DNA from: an uncultured Acidobacteriota bacterium
GTDB lineage: Bacteria; Acidobacteriota; Polarisedimenticolia; J045
NCBI GenBank assembly: GCA_963800865.1
Contig: CAWDCL010000005.1
Coordinates: 516,477-580,476, forward strand
Length of the DNA: 64,000 nucleotides
Direction: 5' to 3'
The position numbers and the translations under genes were made by a program. Each line of letters opens with the position of its first letter. The first letter of the stretch is position 1. Shown in pieces: positions 38,445 to 47,648 of this stretch. Under the pieces are notes generated by a model. The model had not been told where the DNA came from. It saw only the letters and a list, made by a program, of their open reading frames with translations, and did not search any database.

Positions 38445-39914
38445 ATGGACGACACGCTCCTCACCTGGCTCCTCGCCCCGCCCGCCGCTGTCGGCCTGTT
38501 CTTCCTGGCCCGCTGGGGCTGGATCCGCTGGCTCGACGCGCGCCTCGACCGCGCCGTCGACGAAGCGGGCGTCGAGATCGCGAAGCTCGGGCCCTTCGCC
38601 GGCGTCTCGGCCGCCGAGATCGGGGCGGTCGGCGCCTACTCGGTGTACGAGGCGATCCGGACGCTGGTGATGGTCGACGACCGCGTGCTCGACGCGATCG
38701 ACTTCTCGCGCGGCGGCGTCTCGGTCGGGTTCCAGCGCGTCCAGGACCACCTGGCGACGCGCGTGGCCGGGGCCGGCGAGGCCGGGCCGGCGCTCAAGGA
38801 CAACCTGCTCGGCTTCTACGCCGACCAGGCGGCCGCCGCCCACCTGGCCGCGGAAGGGCACGTCGTCGAGTTCGCGCACGGCACGGCGCCGGGCGCGGAG
38901 CTGCTCGTCAACGGCCACCCGTACCACGTCGAGATCGGGCTCGATCCGACGGTCGTCAAGCAGCACCTGGCGCAGTTCCCGGACGTGACCGTCGTCGTCA
39001 ACCAGGAGCTGGCACCGCACTTCGAAGGGGTCGCGGGCGTCCTGGTCGATCCCGCGCTGTCGCACGCGGACGCGGCGGACCACGTGCAGAAGACGGTCGA
39101 GCGGGTCGGCGAGATCGGCAAGCTCGACCTGCACTTCCCGTTCATCACGTTCACGATCGCGCTCTTCGCCTACGCGCCGCTGGTCTTCAAGCGGCGCCTC
39201 TCCGTGCGGGACGCCGCGCGCTTCACCGCGCTCGACACGGGCCTCGTGGGCGGCGGCGCGATGGCGCTGGGCAAGGCCGGGAGCCTCGTCGGGCTCGGGC
39301 TGGGCCCCGTCGGCGCCGCGGCGGGAGGGATCCTCGGCGCGCTCGCCGGCGGCCTCGGCGGCGCGGCCGGGGCGAGCTGGCTCAAGGGGCGCGGGTACCG
39401 CGGCGCGGTCGAGTCGTTCCGGCAGGAGCTGGAGGAGTTCGGCGCCGGGCTGCCGGACGCGCTGATCGAGAAGCGCCGCGCCGCCGACCGCAAGCAGCGC
39501 CGCGTCGCCGAGCGCTTCCCGCACTCGTCGGCGGTCCGCGCGTGGCTCTGGCCGACGATGAACGACCGGATCTTCCGCCGGCTGACGGCGGACTTCGTCG
39601 CGCTCTTCGCGCGGATCGAGGAGCAGCTCGGCCGCGCGCGGGCGCTGCTCGTCGGAGACGGGCTCGCCGATACTTCCCCGGCCGCGTGCGCGGCCGCGGC
39701 GGGGCGCTACGGGCTGGAGCTGGTGCAGGCGGGAGAGATCTGGACGCCGGAGGTCGCGCGGCGGTTGCGGGCGATGGCCCGCGCCGCGGACACGGCGAAC
39801 ACCGAGGTGGAGAAGCTGAAAGCCGCGCGGGAGGCGAAGCAGCGCGTCGTCGCGGCGGTCACTTCGCCGATCCGGCGGGCGTTCGCGCGGCTGAAGGGGT
39901 GGCTCGGGAGCTGA
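38445..39914 (+). CDS. hypothetical membrane protein with a glycine-zipper segment
   Basis: 489 aa. An N-terminal TM segment (LLAPPAAVGLFFLARWGWI), a central hydrophobic stretch and a Gly-zipper (GLGLGPVGAAAGGILGALAGGLGGAAGASW), then a charged helical C-terminus. No recognised family. Confidence 0.5.
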   Translation: MDDTLLTWLLAPPAAVGLFFLARWGWIRWLDARLDRAVDEAGVEIAKLGPFAGVSAAEIGAVGAYSVYEAIRTLVMVDDRVLDAIDFSRGGVSVGFQRVQDHLATRVAGAGEAGPALKDNLLGFYADQAAAAHLAAEGHVVEFAHGTAPGAELLVNGHPYHVEIGLDPTVVKQHLAQFPDVTVVVNQELAPHFEGVAGVLVDPALSHADAADHVQKTVERVGEIGKLDLHFPFITFTIALFAYAPLVFKRRLSVRDAARFTALDTGLVGGGAMALGKAGSLVGLGLGPVGAAAGGILGALAGGLGGAAGASWLKGRGYRGAVESFRQELEEFGAGLPDALIEKRRAADRKQRRVAERFPHSSAVRAWLWPTMNDRIFRRLTADFVALFARIEEQLGRARALLVGDGLADTSPAACAAAAGRYGLELVQAGEIWTPEVARRLRAMARAADTANTEVEKLKAAREAKQRVVAAVTSPIRRAFARLKGWLGS

Positions 39915-40053
39915 CGGGCTGGACTTCCGCCGGCTCTCAGATGCGCCCCCGGAGACGGTGAAGAGACGTTGCCGGAGGGGGCGGGACTGGAGTAGTCTCG
40001 CGTCCGCTCGAACACGTGACCTGCGTCGTTCACGGTCGCGCAGAGGAATTGTG

Positions 40054-40899
40054 ATGAGATCCAGCTGGAGCGTCGGTTGCCGCGCGGCGTTGTTCTGTTT
40101 CGCAGTCGCCGCGCGGGTTCCCGCGGTGTCGCGGGCCGAGGCGCCGGCGGACAAGTGGGAGTGGCGCGTCACGCTCTGCGGCTGGTTCCCGGCGTTCGTC
40201 GGAGCCACGGAATTCCCGACCGGCGGGACCGGCCCGTCGTTCCAGGTCGACGCCAGCTCCATCATCGAGAACCTGAATTTCACCGCCATGGGCACGCTCG
40301 AGGCGCGCAAGGGACGGTGGGGCGGGTGGGCCGACGTGCATGTACGTCAACGTCGGCGGCGACAGGTCCGGATCGCGCGACTTGACCGTCGGGGGGTCGG
40401 CGATGCCCGGCAACGTCAAAGTGGACGCCAACCTCGCCAGTCAATATGGAATCGTCGGCTCGTGTCCGCGGCCGGGACCTACTGCTGAGAAGACCCTCAA
40501 CGCGCAACGAAACCGACATGCTGGGCGGCTTCGGAGCCAACGATGGACCAGACGTTCGACTGGAGCGTACGAACGGAAACATCGGCCCGCTCGGATTGCC
40601 CGGCCGCAACGGCGCGCGCCACCACCAGTGCGTCGAACTGGGACGGCATCATCGGCCTGAAGGGAATCGCGACGCTGAGCGGAAACGGGCACTGGATCCT
40701 GCCGTACTAACCTGGACGTCGGGGACGGGCCAGTCGGATCGTCGACCTGGCGGCCTTCGCCGGGATCGGCTACAGGTTCAAGTGGGGCGCGACGACGGTC
40801 GGCTGGCGCTACCTCGACTACAGTTCGATTCAGGACCGAGACGCTCGAGGGAGCTCACATGAAATCGGGCCGTTCGTCAGCCTGAGCCTCGCGTGGTGA
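40054..40899 (+). pseudogene. outer-membrane beta-barrel protein gene with multiple frameshifts
   Basis: Signal peptide MRSSWSVGCRAALFCFAVAARVPAVSRAEA and beta-strand-like sequence (KWEWRVTLCGWFPAFVGATEF...WGGWADV). Fragments follow in all three frames (YVNVGGDRSGSRDLTVGGSAMPGNVKVDANLASQYG; SASNWDGIIGLKGIATLSGNGHWILPY; IGYRFKWGATTVGWRYLDY). It ends in the porin-type terminus FVSLSLAW*. GC is lower than the window average. Confidence 0.45.
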
Positions 40900-41071
40900 C
40901 CTGATCCGCGCGGCAGCCCGTTCGCCGCGGCCCCGTTCGGCGGAAGGACGTTCCGACCCGGGAGCCGCTTTCCCGCACCCGGTGCTAGTCTTGTCGCATC
41001 GCAGGATGCGGGCAGGATCGCTCGCCCGTCAACATCGTTTCAGGCGCAGGCCGAATCAGGGAGGCACGGAA

Positions 41072-41951
41072 ATGAAGAATCTCGAAGGTGAATCGCTCCA
41101 TCAAGGCGGCCCTTGTTGTTTCCCTTCTGCTCCTGCTGTTCGGTGCCGCCGTTGCGGACGCCGTCAAGGTGCAGGGCGTCATCACCGGGCGGAGCGGGGC
41201 CACCATGACCGTCCGGAGCCCGGATTCGGGGATGGTGACCGTCCTCCTCACCCCGTCCACGCATGTCGACGAGATGGAGGGGATGTTCGTCACGAATCGC
41301 CTGGCGCCGACGGCGCTGGTTCCCGGGCTCCAGGTCACCGTGGAAGGTGCTTTCGACTCCAACAAGCAGCTGGTCGCGGACAAGGTCCTGTTCCAGGGCT
41401 CCGCGCTCCAGACCGCGCAGGACATCCAGGCGGGCCTGGCGCCGGTCCAGCAGCAGCTCCAGCAGGATCAGAAGCAGATCCAGGCGGAGCAGAAGGCCAC
41501 CGCCGATCAAGCAGCGGCGATCGCCGCGAACAAGGCGGCCATCGCGGAGGCCAACAAGCGCTTCGGCGAGCTTGGCGACTACAACATCCTGGGCGAGGTC
41601 ACGGTCCTGTTCGGGAACGGCACGGTCGCGGTGGATCCGCAATACAAGCCGCAGCTTCTGAAGCTGGCCGCGCAGGCCAAGGGCATCAAGGGCTACGTGA
41701 TCTCGGTGCAGGGATACGCGTCGAAAGTCGGAAGCGCCGCGCTGAACCAGAAGCTGAGCTCCGAACGCGCCGCGAACGTGACGGCCTTCCTGGAGCAGGA
41801 GGGCAAGATCCCGCTGACCAACATGCTCGCTCCCGGCGCGATGGGGACGAGCAAGCAGGTGGCGCCGGATGCTACGGCGGAAGGGCAGGCTGAGAATCGG
41901 CGGGTCGTGGTCAGGATCCTGCAGAACAAGGCAATCGCCGGCGTCAACTGA
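41072..41951 (+). CDS. OmpA-family protein (coiled-coil plus C-terminal OmpA peptidoglycan-binding domain); probable +1 frameshift at codon 7
   Basis: SD GGGAGG, then ATG 41072 (MKNLEG) switching to the frame of MNRSIKAALVVSLLLLLFGAAVADA (41088..). Q-rich coiled coil. The C-terminus YKPQLLKLAAQAKGIKGYVISVQGYASKVGSAALNQKLSSERAANVTAFL...NRRVVVRI is an OmpA_C domain. Confidence 0.7.
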
Positions 41952-41967
41952 GACGTGCGCATGAAAC

Positions 41968-41996
41968 AGCGCGTACCTGCGACGAGTCGCAGGTAC
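41968..41996 (+). terminator. hairpin downstream of the OmpA-family gene (GCGTACCTGCGA-CGAG-TCGCAGGTACGC)
   Basis: Perfect 12-bp stem, 17 nt after the stop. No U-tract follows, as is usual in high-GC genomes. Confidence 0.4.
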
Positions 41997-42065
41997 GCGG
42001 CGGGGGAAATTCGGGCGCGCCGCCGGGGCTGACGCCGGCGCCGCGCTCGATTGTCCGCCCTGGGC

Positions 42066-43211
42066 CTATCCGACGTACTTCGGGATGTAGGGCGCGACCT
42101 TCTCGCGGGGCCGGGCGCGGAAGCGTCCCTCGTAGGCTTCGCGGAATTCCTGGGGTAGCCCGGTGCGGCGCGGGAAGCGCCGCCGCTGGCACAGGCCGGT
42201 CCAGCCGCGCGGCCGTCGGGCCAGGCCCAGCCGCATCGCCGGGGTCGTCCGCGCCAGGGCCACCGTCCGCTCCGCGACCCCCTTGGTGTTGTTCTGGCCC
42301 AGCAGGAAGACCCAGCTGCGGTCCCACAGCCCGGCCGCCGTCTTCGGGAAGGCGATCGTCTCGCGCACCAGGCCCCGGATCGCGTGCCGCCCGTAGCCGT
42401 GCAGCGTGTTCACCTTCCAGAGCGGGTTCCCGGCATCCCGCCGGGCCCGGCTGCTGACCGTGGTGTGCTCGATCCGGCCGGGCTCCAGGGAGGCGACGGC
42501 CCGCGCGTAGTCCGGCTCCTCGTCGCTCCTCAACTTGAGGCTCCGGCCGGGCGGGACCAGGTCCACCAGCCGCGCCAGGATCTGCCGCGTCCGCCGCTCC
42601 CGCGCCCGCGGCTCCGGAAGCCCCAGCCGCGCGTCGCGCTCGGCTCGCCGGCGCCGCTGCTCCGGCCGCATCGTGCCCGAGCGCCGCAGCGCCGCGATGT
42701 TCACGTCCAGCACGAATCCGCTCTCCACTCCCACGGGCGTGTGCAGGTCCAGCGGCTCGTACTGGCTCCCCGCGAACGAGCGCAGCCCGTCGAACGCCAC
42801 GTCCTCAGTCCACCGGCCGTGCAGCGCCTGGAGCTGCTCGAAGTGCGCCAGGAGCGCCTGCCGCGCCATCCCCCGGATCCGCCAGCGGACCGTGGTCGGC
42901 GCCACCTCGAGCACCCGCGCGGCCTGCCGAATCCCGGACCCGTTAAGCAGCAGGCGATAGATCCGGTCGTTCAGCCCGCAGCGCTTCTTCCAGTAGTCGT
43001 CGCTGAAGGTCGAGGAGCGGAACCAGCGGCCGCAGGCGAGGCAGCGGAAGCGCCGGACCCAGCCCGGCCGTCGCTCGATCTGGACGTAGCCCCGGGGCTG
43101 CCACAGGTCGTACGTCCCGGCCGGCGCCATGTGATGCGGACAGTCGGGGTTGGGACAGAACGGCGGGATGAAGTCCCGCACCCGCTCGGGGAGTTCCTTG
43201 CCGCGGCCCAT
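42066..43211 (-). mobile_element. IS1-family transposase gene (single long ORF, InsA-like zinc finger + HTH fused to the catalytic part); no clear terminal inverted repeats found
   Basis: 381 aa. FCPNPDCPHH...FRCLACGRWFRSSTFSDDYWKKRCGLNDRIYRLLLNGSGIRQAARVLEVAPTTVRWRI matches the IS1 InsA zinc-finger/HTH pattern (compare RYLCSHCRKTW...[29 protein letters not shown]). Confidence 0.6.
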
Positions 43212-43282
43212 GCGTCAAGCAGACCACGCGGGCGGCGGTCGCGCAGCCTCCGCTCGCTCGCGGTGTCCCGGAGCCGGGAATC

Positions 43283-43320
43283 CCGGTGACCACGGGGCCC
43301 TGTGCAGGCCCCGTGGTCCA
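43283..43320 (-). terminator. strong hairpin downstream of the cytochrome c gene (GGTGACCACGGGGCC-CTGTGCAG-GGCCCCGTGGTCCACC)
   Basis: 12-15 bp GC-rich stem with an 8-nt loop, about 25 nt past the stop at 43346 on the minus strand. Confidence 0.4.
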
Positions 43321-43345
43321 CCGTGAGCTGTTTCTAGCGCACGTC

Positions 43346-43759
43346 TCAGTGCTTGTTGGGCGCCATCGGCACGCCGCGGCGCTCATACGTGATGTAGCTC
43401 TCCAGCGCGATCATCATCGGATCGTCAACCTTCAGCGGCTGCCCCTCCAGCGGCTGCTGAATGCACCAGTTGATCATGTCGCGGAGCGGAATCACCCGCC
43501 CCAGCTGCTGCTGGAACTTGGGGTACGTCTCGGGGTGCGTGTTCGCCGCGTTCGGGTGGCACTGCGCGCAGGCCACGCCGTTCGTGCCCAGCTCGGGGCT
43601 CGTCCAGAGCGCCCGGCCCTTGGCGACGACGCTCATGTACTCCTTGTCCCAGCGCGCCAGGTCTTCCTTGGTGAACTCGTCGGCCGTGAGCAGCCCGTGA
43701 CCGAAGAGAGCCGCCACGCCCAGCACGAGAGCACCGATGATCCAGGATCTCCTCTTCAT
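43346..43759 (-). CDS. mono-heme c-type cytochrome
   Basis: MKRRSWIIGALVLGVAALFGHG signal peptide. One CxxCH (GVACAQCHPN). 137 aa. The start is the internal ATG of ORF 43346..44377. Confidence 0.7.
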   Translation of the reverse strand: MKRRSWIIGALVLGVAALFGHGLLTADEFTKEDLARWDKEYMSVVAKGRALWTSPELGTNGVACAQCHPNAANTHPETYPKFQQQLGRVIPLRDMINWCIQQPLEGQPLKVDDPMMIALESYITYERRGVPMAPNKH

Positions 43760-43773
43760 CGCACTCTCTCCTT

Positions 43774-44856
43774 CTAGTAGTGGATCTGCGGCGAGATGCG
43801 CTTCGCCGGATCCTGGTAGACCGTGTCCGCGGGCATGCCGGTCTTCGGGTCGTAGGCCACGACCCGGCTGGTGTTGTCGTAGAGGTTGTACTTGACGGCG
43901 GCGCGGCCGGCGGCCAGGTCGATCGTCTGCCAGCCCGTCGCGTCCCGCTCGAAGAACGGGTTGGCGCGGTTCATCGGCACCGTCATCTTCGGCATCGCCT
44001 GCTCGGCCTGGGCGTAGCTCTCGGGGTACGGCCAGGGCCACGCGGTCGCCATCACCGAGTGGAAGGTGATGTTGCCGATCTGGTTGTACTGGATCTGGTG
44101 GACGTGGCCGTAGACCACGGTCGGCGTCCTGAACGGCTGGAGCAGCGCCTGCACCTGTTCGGCGTCGTCGGTCCAGAAGTTCCAGCCCTTGTAGATCTTC
44201 TGGAGCGGCGAGTGCGAGAAGACGACCAGCGGCGTCTCCTTGCCGACCTTCGACAGGTCGTCGGCCAACCAGGCGCGCTGCTTCTCGCCGACCATGAAGG
44301 GTGACCCGTTCGGGTTGTCGAGGCCGGCCATCTCGAGCATCCGCTGCTGGGCGGTCGGCCAGCGCTTGTAGGTCCATTCGTCGGTGGTGAGGATGCTGTT
44401 GAGCACGACGAAGTGGACCCCCTTGTGGTCGAAGCTGTAGTACTGCGGGCCGAAGAGCTTCGACCAGTACTCCCCGAGGTCGAGGTAGTAGTCGTGCTCG
44501 CCCATCACGCAGCGGAGCTTCCCCTGGAGCTTCGACAGCATCTCGGCGCCGTGGTCCAGCTCGGCCTGGTTGCCGAGCTGCGCCAGGTCGCCACCGAACA
44601 TCACGAAGTCCGGGGCCGGGGTGAGCAGGTTGGTCTCCGCGACGGCCCGGATCAGGCCGCGATCCCAGTTGCGGACGAACTGCGTCCCCTTGATGTGCTG
44701 GATGTGCGCGTCGGAGATGTAGGCGAAGGTGAAGTTCTGGGCCGGGTCGGCAAACGCCAGCTCGACGAGGCTCACGGGAAGAGCCGTCGCGGCGGCCGCG
44801 GCCCCCGCGGTCCTCAGGAAGGCCCGCCGGTCGACGGTGGTGATGGCTTCGTTCAT
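43774..44856 (-). CDS. TAT-secreted metallophosphoesterase (calcineurin-like)
   Basis: RRAFLRTAGAAAAATALP TAT signal. FAYISDAHIQ / FVMFGGDLAQ / GEHDYY / VVFSHSPL / VYGHVHQ are the calcineurin-like phosphoesterase motifs. Confidence 0.7.
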   Translation of the reverse strand: MNEAITTVDRRAFLRTAGAAAAATALPVSLVELAFADPAQNFTFAYISDAHIQHIKGTQFVRNWDRGLIRAVAETNLLTPAPDFVMFGGDLAQLGNQAELDHGAEMLSKLQGKLRCVMGEHDYYLDLGEYWSKLFGPQYYSFDHKGVHFVVLNSILTTDEWTYKRWPTAQQRMLEMAGLDNPNGSPFMVGEKQRAWLADDLSKVGKETPLVVFSHSPLQKIYKGWNFWTDDAEQVQALLQPFRTPTVVYGHVHQIQYNQIGNITFHSVMATAWPWPYPESYAQAEQAMPKMTVPMNRANPFFERDATGWQTIDLAAGRAAVKYNLYDNTSRVVAYDPKTGMPADTVYQDPAKRISPQIHY

Positions 44857-44872
44857 CCGCTCCTCCTTCCCG

Positions 44873-46021
44873 TCACTTCTTGGCCGCGGGCGCGGCCGCA
44901 GGGGCGTACTCGGGGCTGGTGAGCGTCTCCATGAACGCCACGAGGTCGTCGATCTCGGGATCGGTCAGGTTGAGCGGCCGGATGCCGCCGCTGAGGAAGT
45001 CGTTCACCGGGTCGCCGGCCTTGGTCACGCCGCCGTTGTTGTAGTGGACGACGACCTCGCGCAGCGTCTTGAGGCTGCCGTCGTGCATGTACGGCGCCGT
45101 CACCGCGATGTTCCGGAGGGTCGGCGTCTTGAACGAGCCCAGGTCGTCGAGGCCCCGCGTCACCGCGAAGCGCCCCAGCTCCGAGGTCCGCTTGTCGCTC
45201 AGGACCTGCTTGTCGACCTCCGCCAGCGTGGCCTGGGCCTTGAGGAACTGCTTCGCCAGGGGTGGAACGTCCTTCTGGATCGCGTTGATGCCGATGCCGA
45301 CGTTGTGGAACCGGTTGTCGGTGAAGATCGCCTGGGTCTGCTCGATCACGTGGCAGGAGACGCACCGCCCCTTGTTCACGTACAGGTCGAAGCCCCGCTT
45401 GGCGGCGTCGTTGACCGCCTTCGCCTCCCCGCCGAAGTACCAGCGGTCGAAGGGCGAGTTCCCGGAGACCTGCGTGCGCTCGAACGCAGCGATCGCCTGC
45501 GTCACCTCGACCATCGTGATCGCGTTCCCGCTCTTCGTAAAGACCGCCTGGAAGGCCTGGACGTACTCCGGGTCGGTTCGGACGATCTTCAGGATCGGGT
45601 CGTGGTTCGGAAGTCCCATCTCGACCGGGTTGACGAACGGGTGGAGCGCCTGGTCCTCGAGGTCGGGCGAGCGCCCGTCCCAGAACATCTTCTCCATGTA
45701 GACGGCGTTGACGACGGTCGGCGCGTTGCGCGTCCCGTTCAACTTCCGGATCCCCTCGGAGACCGGGAGCGGGCTGTCGGTGAAGGCCTTGGTGGCGTCG
45801 TGGCAGTTGGCACATGCCACCTCGCCGGTCGAGCTGAACCGTTTGTCGTGGAAGAGCTTCTTGCCCAGCGCGACCTTGGCCTCGGACTGCGGGTTGTGCG
45901 CCGAGACAGGCGCGGGCGGCAGGCCGAGCGGAGGGCCTCCCGCGGTGTCGCCGCCGCTCGCCGGCAGGGCGGCGGCCAGCGCCCCCAGGACGAAGAGCGC
46001 CGCGTTTCTCTGGATCCGCAT
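44873..46021 (-). CDS. di-heme cytochrome c peroxidase (CCP/MauG family)
   Basis: Signal peptide, two CxxCH motifs (EVACANCHD and GRCVSCHV), and conserved ..FHNVGIG..LRNIAVTAPYMHDGS..L..VV.HYN. Confidence 0.85.
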   Translation of the reverse strand: MRIQRNAALFVLGALAAALPASGGDTAGGPPLGLPPAPVSAHNPQSEAKVALGKKLFHDKRFSSTGEVACANCHDATKAFTDSPLPVSEGIRKLNGTRNAPTVVNAVYMEKMFWDGRSPDLEDQALHPFVNPVEMGLPNHDPILKIVRTDPEYVQAFQAVFTKSGNAITMVEVTQAIAAFERTQVSGNSPFDRWYFGGEAKAVNDAAKRGFDLYVNKGRCVSCHVIEQTQAIFTDNRFHNVGIGINAIQKDVPPLAKQFLKAQATLAEVDKQVLSDKRTSELGRFAVTRGLDDLGSFKTPTLRNIAVTAPYMHDGSLKTLREVVVHYNNGGVTKAGDPVNDFLSGGIRPLNLTDPEIDDLVAFMETLTSPEYAPAAAPAAKK

Positions 46022-46025
46022 CGCT

Positions 46026-46538
46026 TCACCTCCTCTTCTTCTTGCTTGCCTGCTGGCTCGCAGGCCGGGGCGTGCGCGGCGGCCGCCGGCGCCCCGACAG
46101 CGGGGTGCGGCAGGCTCGGCACAGGCCGTGAAACTGCACGACGAAGTCGCTGACCTCGAAACCGAGGCGCGACGTATCCGGCATGGGAAGGGCGTCGAGC
46201 GCCGGGTCGACGATGTCGATCACCGCCTCGCACCCGCTGCAGACCAGGTGGTGGTGCGCGTCGAGCCGCGCGTCGTAGCGGGCGGCACGTCCCGGGACGC
46301 CCGCCTTGGCGAGCAGCCCCAGGCGCACGAAGGTCTCGAGCGTGCGGTGGATCGTCGCGCGCGACACGCCGGGGAGGCGCCGGCGCGCGATCGCCAGGAC
46401 GTCGTCGACCGTCGGGTGCTCGTCGCGCTCGAGGACGACGTCGAGGATGATGCGCCGCTGCACGGTGAGCGGAAGCCCCTGCTCGCGGCAGAGCGCTTCG
46501 AACTGCTGGCGTCGCCTGTCCCGCTGGTGCGCGTCCAC
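46026..46538 (-). CDS. Fur-family transcriptional regulator (PerR/Fur-like)
   Basis: DNA-binding helix (RQQFEALCREQGLPLTVQRRIILDVVLE...) plus metal sites (HHHLVCSGC...C..C). It lies immediately upstream of the peroxidase and has a basic C-terminal tail. Confidence 0.8.
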   Translation of the reverse strand: MDAHQRDRRRQQFEALCREQGLPLTVQRRIILDVVLERDEHPTVDDVLAIARRRLPGVSRATIHRTLETFVRLGLLAKAGVPGRAARYDARLDAHHHLVCSGCEAVIDIVDPALDALPMPDTSRLGFEVSDFVVQFHGLCRACRTPLSGRRRPPRTPRPASQQASKKKRR

Positions 46539-46593
46539 GAATCGCTCCCGGCGCGGGGGAACTGCGTCGACTCGTTGAGACGGTATGGCAGAT

Positions 46594-46606
46594 GAGATCT
46601 GATCTC
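46594..46606. promoter_or_regulatory. perfect palindrome GAGATC-T-GATCTC, about 55 bp upstream of the Fur-family gene; candidate operator
   Basis: It is the only dyad in the 120-bp intergenic region between the CMD-family gene and the fur-like gene, and it sits in the least GC-rich stretch. Confidence 0.25.
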
Positions 46607-46659
46607 AAGGGCTGAGAGCAAGCGAAACGGTCGCAGTAAGCCCCGCTCCCGGCGCCGCG

Positions 46660-47049
46660 TTACGCCAGTTCGGCCAGGTTCCGCCCGGCCTTCTGGGCCT
46701 CCCGCAGCTGGCCCAGCGTGTCGACCGCGTGGCGCAGGTGCGGGATGACGATCGAGCCGCCGACGACCAGCGCGACGTTGAGCGCCTCGAGCAGCTCCTC
46801 GTCGGTGCTCCCCTGCCGGGCGCACTGGATCAGGTGGTAGTCGATGCAGTCGTTGCAGCGCAGCACCGTCGACGCGACGAGGCCGAGCAACTCCTTCGTC
46901 CGAGCCGGGAGCGCGCCGTCGACGTAGGCCTGGGTGTCGAGGTTGAAGAAGCGCTTGATGCCGAGCGGACCGCTCCCGAGAATCTTCTCGTTCATCGCCT
47001 TGCGGTAGGTCGCGTATCCGTCGAGGTCGAACCGGGAGCCGTCGGCCAT
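46660..47049 (-). CDS. carboxymuconolactone decarboxylase / AhpD-like family protein
   Basis: 129 aa. LLGLVASTVLRCNDCIDYHL: the AhpD-core motif with C-x-x-C-x-x-x-H. Confidence 0.7.
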   Translation of the reverse strand: MADGSRFDLDGYATYRKAMNEKILGSGPLGIKRFFNLDTQAYVDGALPARTKELLGLVASTVLRCNDCIDYHLIQCARQGSTDEELLEALNVALVVGGSIVIPHLRHAVDTLGQLREAQKAGRNLAELA

Positions 47050-47147
47050 GCCTGATCCTCCGGTCCGCGGCGGCTCTTGACGCGCCGCGGGGGTGGCCTC
47101 AATTTAGCGCGATTCCCGGAGCGCTACGAGGTGAGGAGATCCCGCGC

Positions 47148-47621
47148 GTGAACAGGACGAGCGCCGCCGGCCTGGCCGACCGCTACGAGCGGATCGCAGG
47201 GCAGCTCGCCGAGCTGTTCGCGAAGACTCCCGACGCCACGGCGCGGATGGCGACGGCGGTCGCGCTCCTGCACCACAAGATGCCGCACTTCTTCTGGACC
47301 GGGTTCTACCGGCTCGTGGACGGCGACCTGGTCGTCGGGCCCTACCAGGGGCCGCTCGCCTGCCAGGTCCTCGAGCGCGACCGGGGGGTCTGCTGGGCCG
47401 GCGTCCACCGCGCCGCACCGGTCCTGGTCCCGGACGTTCACGCGTTCCCCGGCCACATCGCCTGCGACTCCCGATCGCAGAGCGAAGTCGTCGTGCCCCT
47501 CCGCGACGCCCCGGGCCGGGTCGTCGGGGTGCTCGACGTCGACAGCGACAAGCCCGACGCGTTCTCGGAGACCGATGTTCTCGGGCTCGAGAGGATCGTC
47601 GGTATGATCTACGGGCGCTGA
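47148..47621 (+). CDS. GAF-domain protein (free methionine-(R)-sulfoxide reductase-like)
   Basis: GTG start with SD GAGGAG. HFFWTGFYRL...GPYQGPLACQVLERDRGVCW...FPGHIACDSRSQSEVVVPL is the YebR/fRMsr family. Confidence 0.7.
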   Translation: MNRTSAAGLADRYERIAGQLAELFAKTPDATARMATAVALLHHKMPHFFWTGFYRLVDGDLVVGPYQGPLACQVLERDRGVCWAGVHRAAPVLVPDVHAFPGHIACDSRSQSEVVVPLRDAPGRVVGVLDVDSDKPDAFSETDVLGLERIVGMIYGR

Positions 47622-47648
47622 CGCGCGCGGACACTGCCGGAGACCGCC

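Noticed and set aside
42066-43320. Terminal inverted repeats for the IS1-family transposase
   Set aside because: The hairpin at 43283-43320 begins GGTGACC, which resembles the IS1 IR start GGTGATG, but no matching inverted copy exists at the other end (42000-42066). The element may be truncated or domesticated, so I called only the transposase gene.
47079-47110. TTGACG-N16/17-TCAATT sigma70-like promoter upstream of the GAF gene
   Set aside because: The -10 match is poor (3 of 6) and the promoter consensus for this lineage is unknown. I kept it only as a note.
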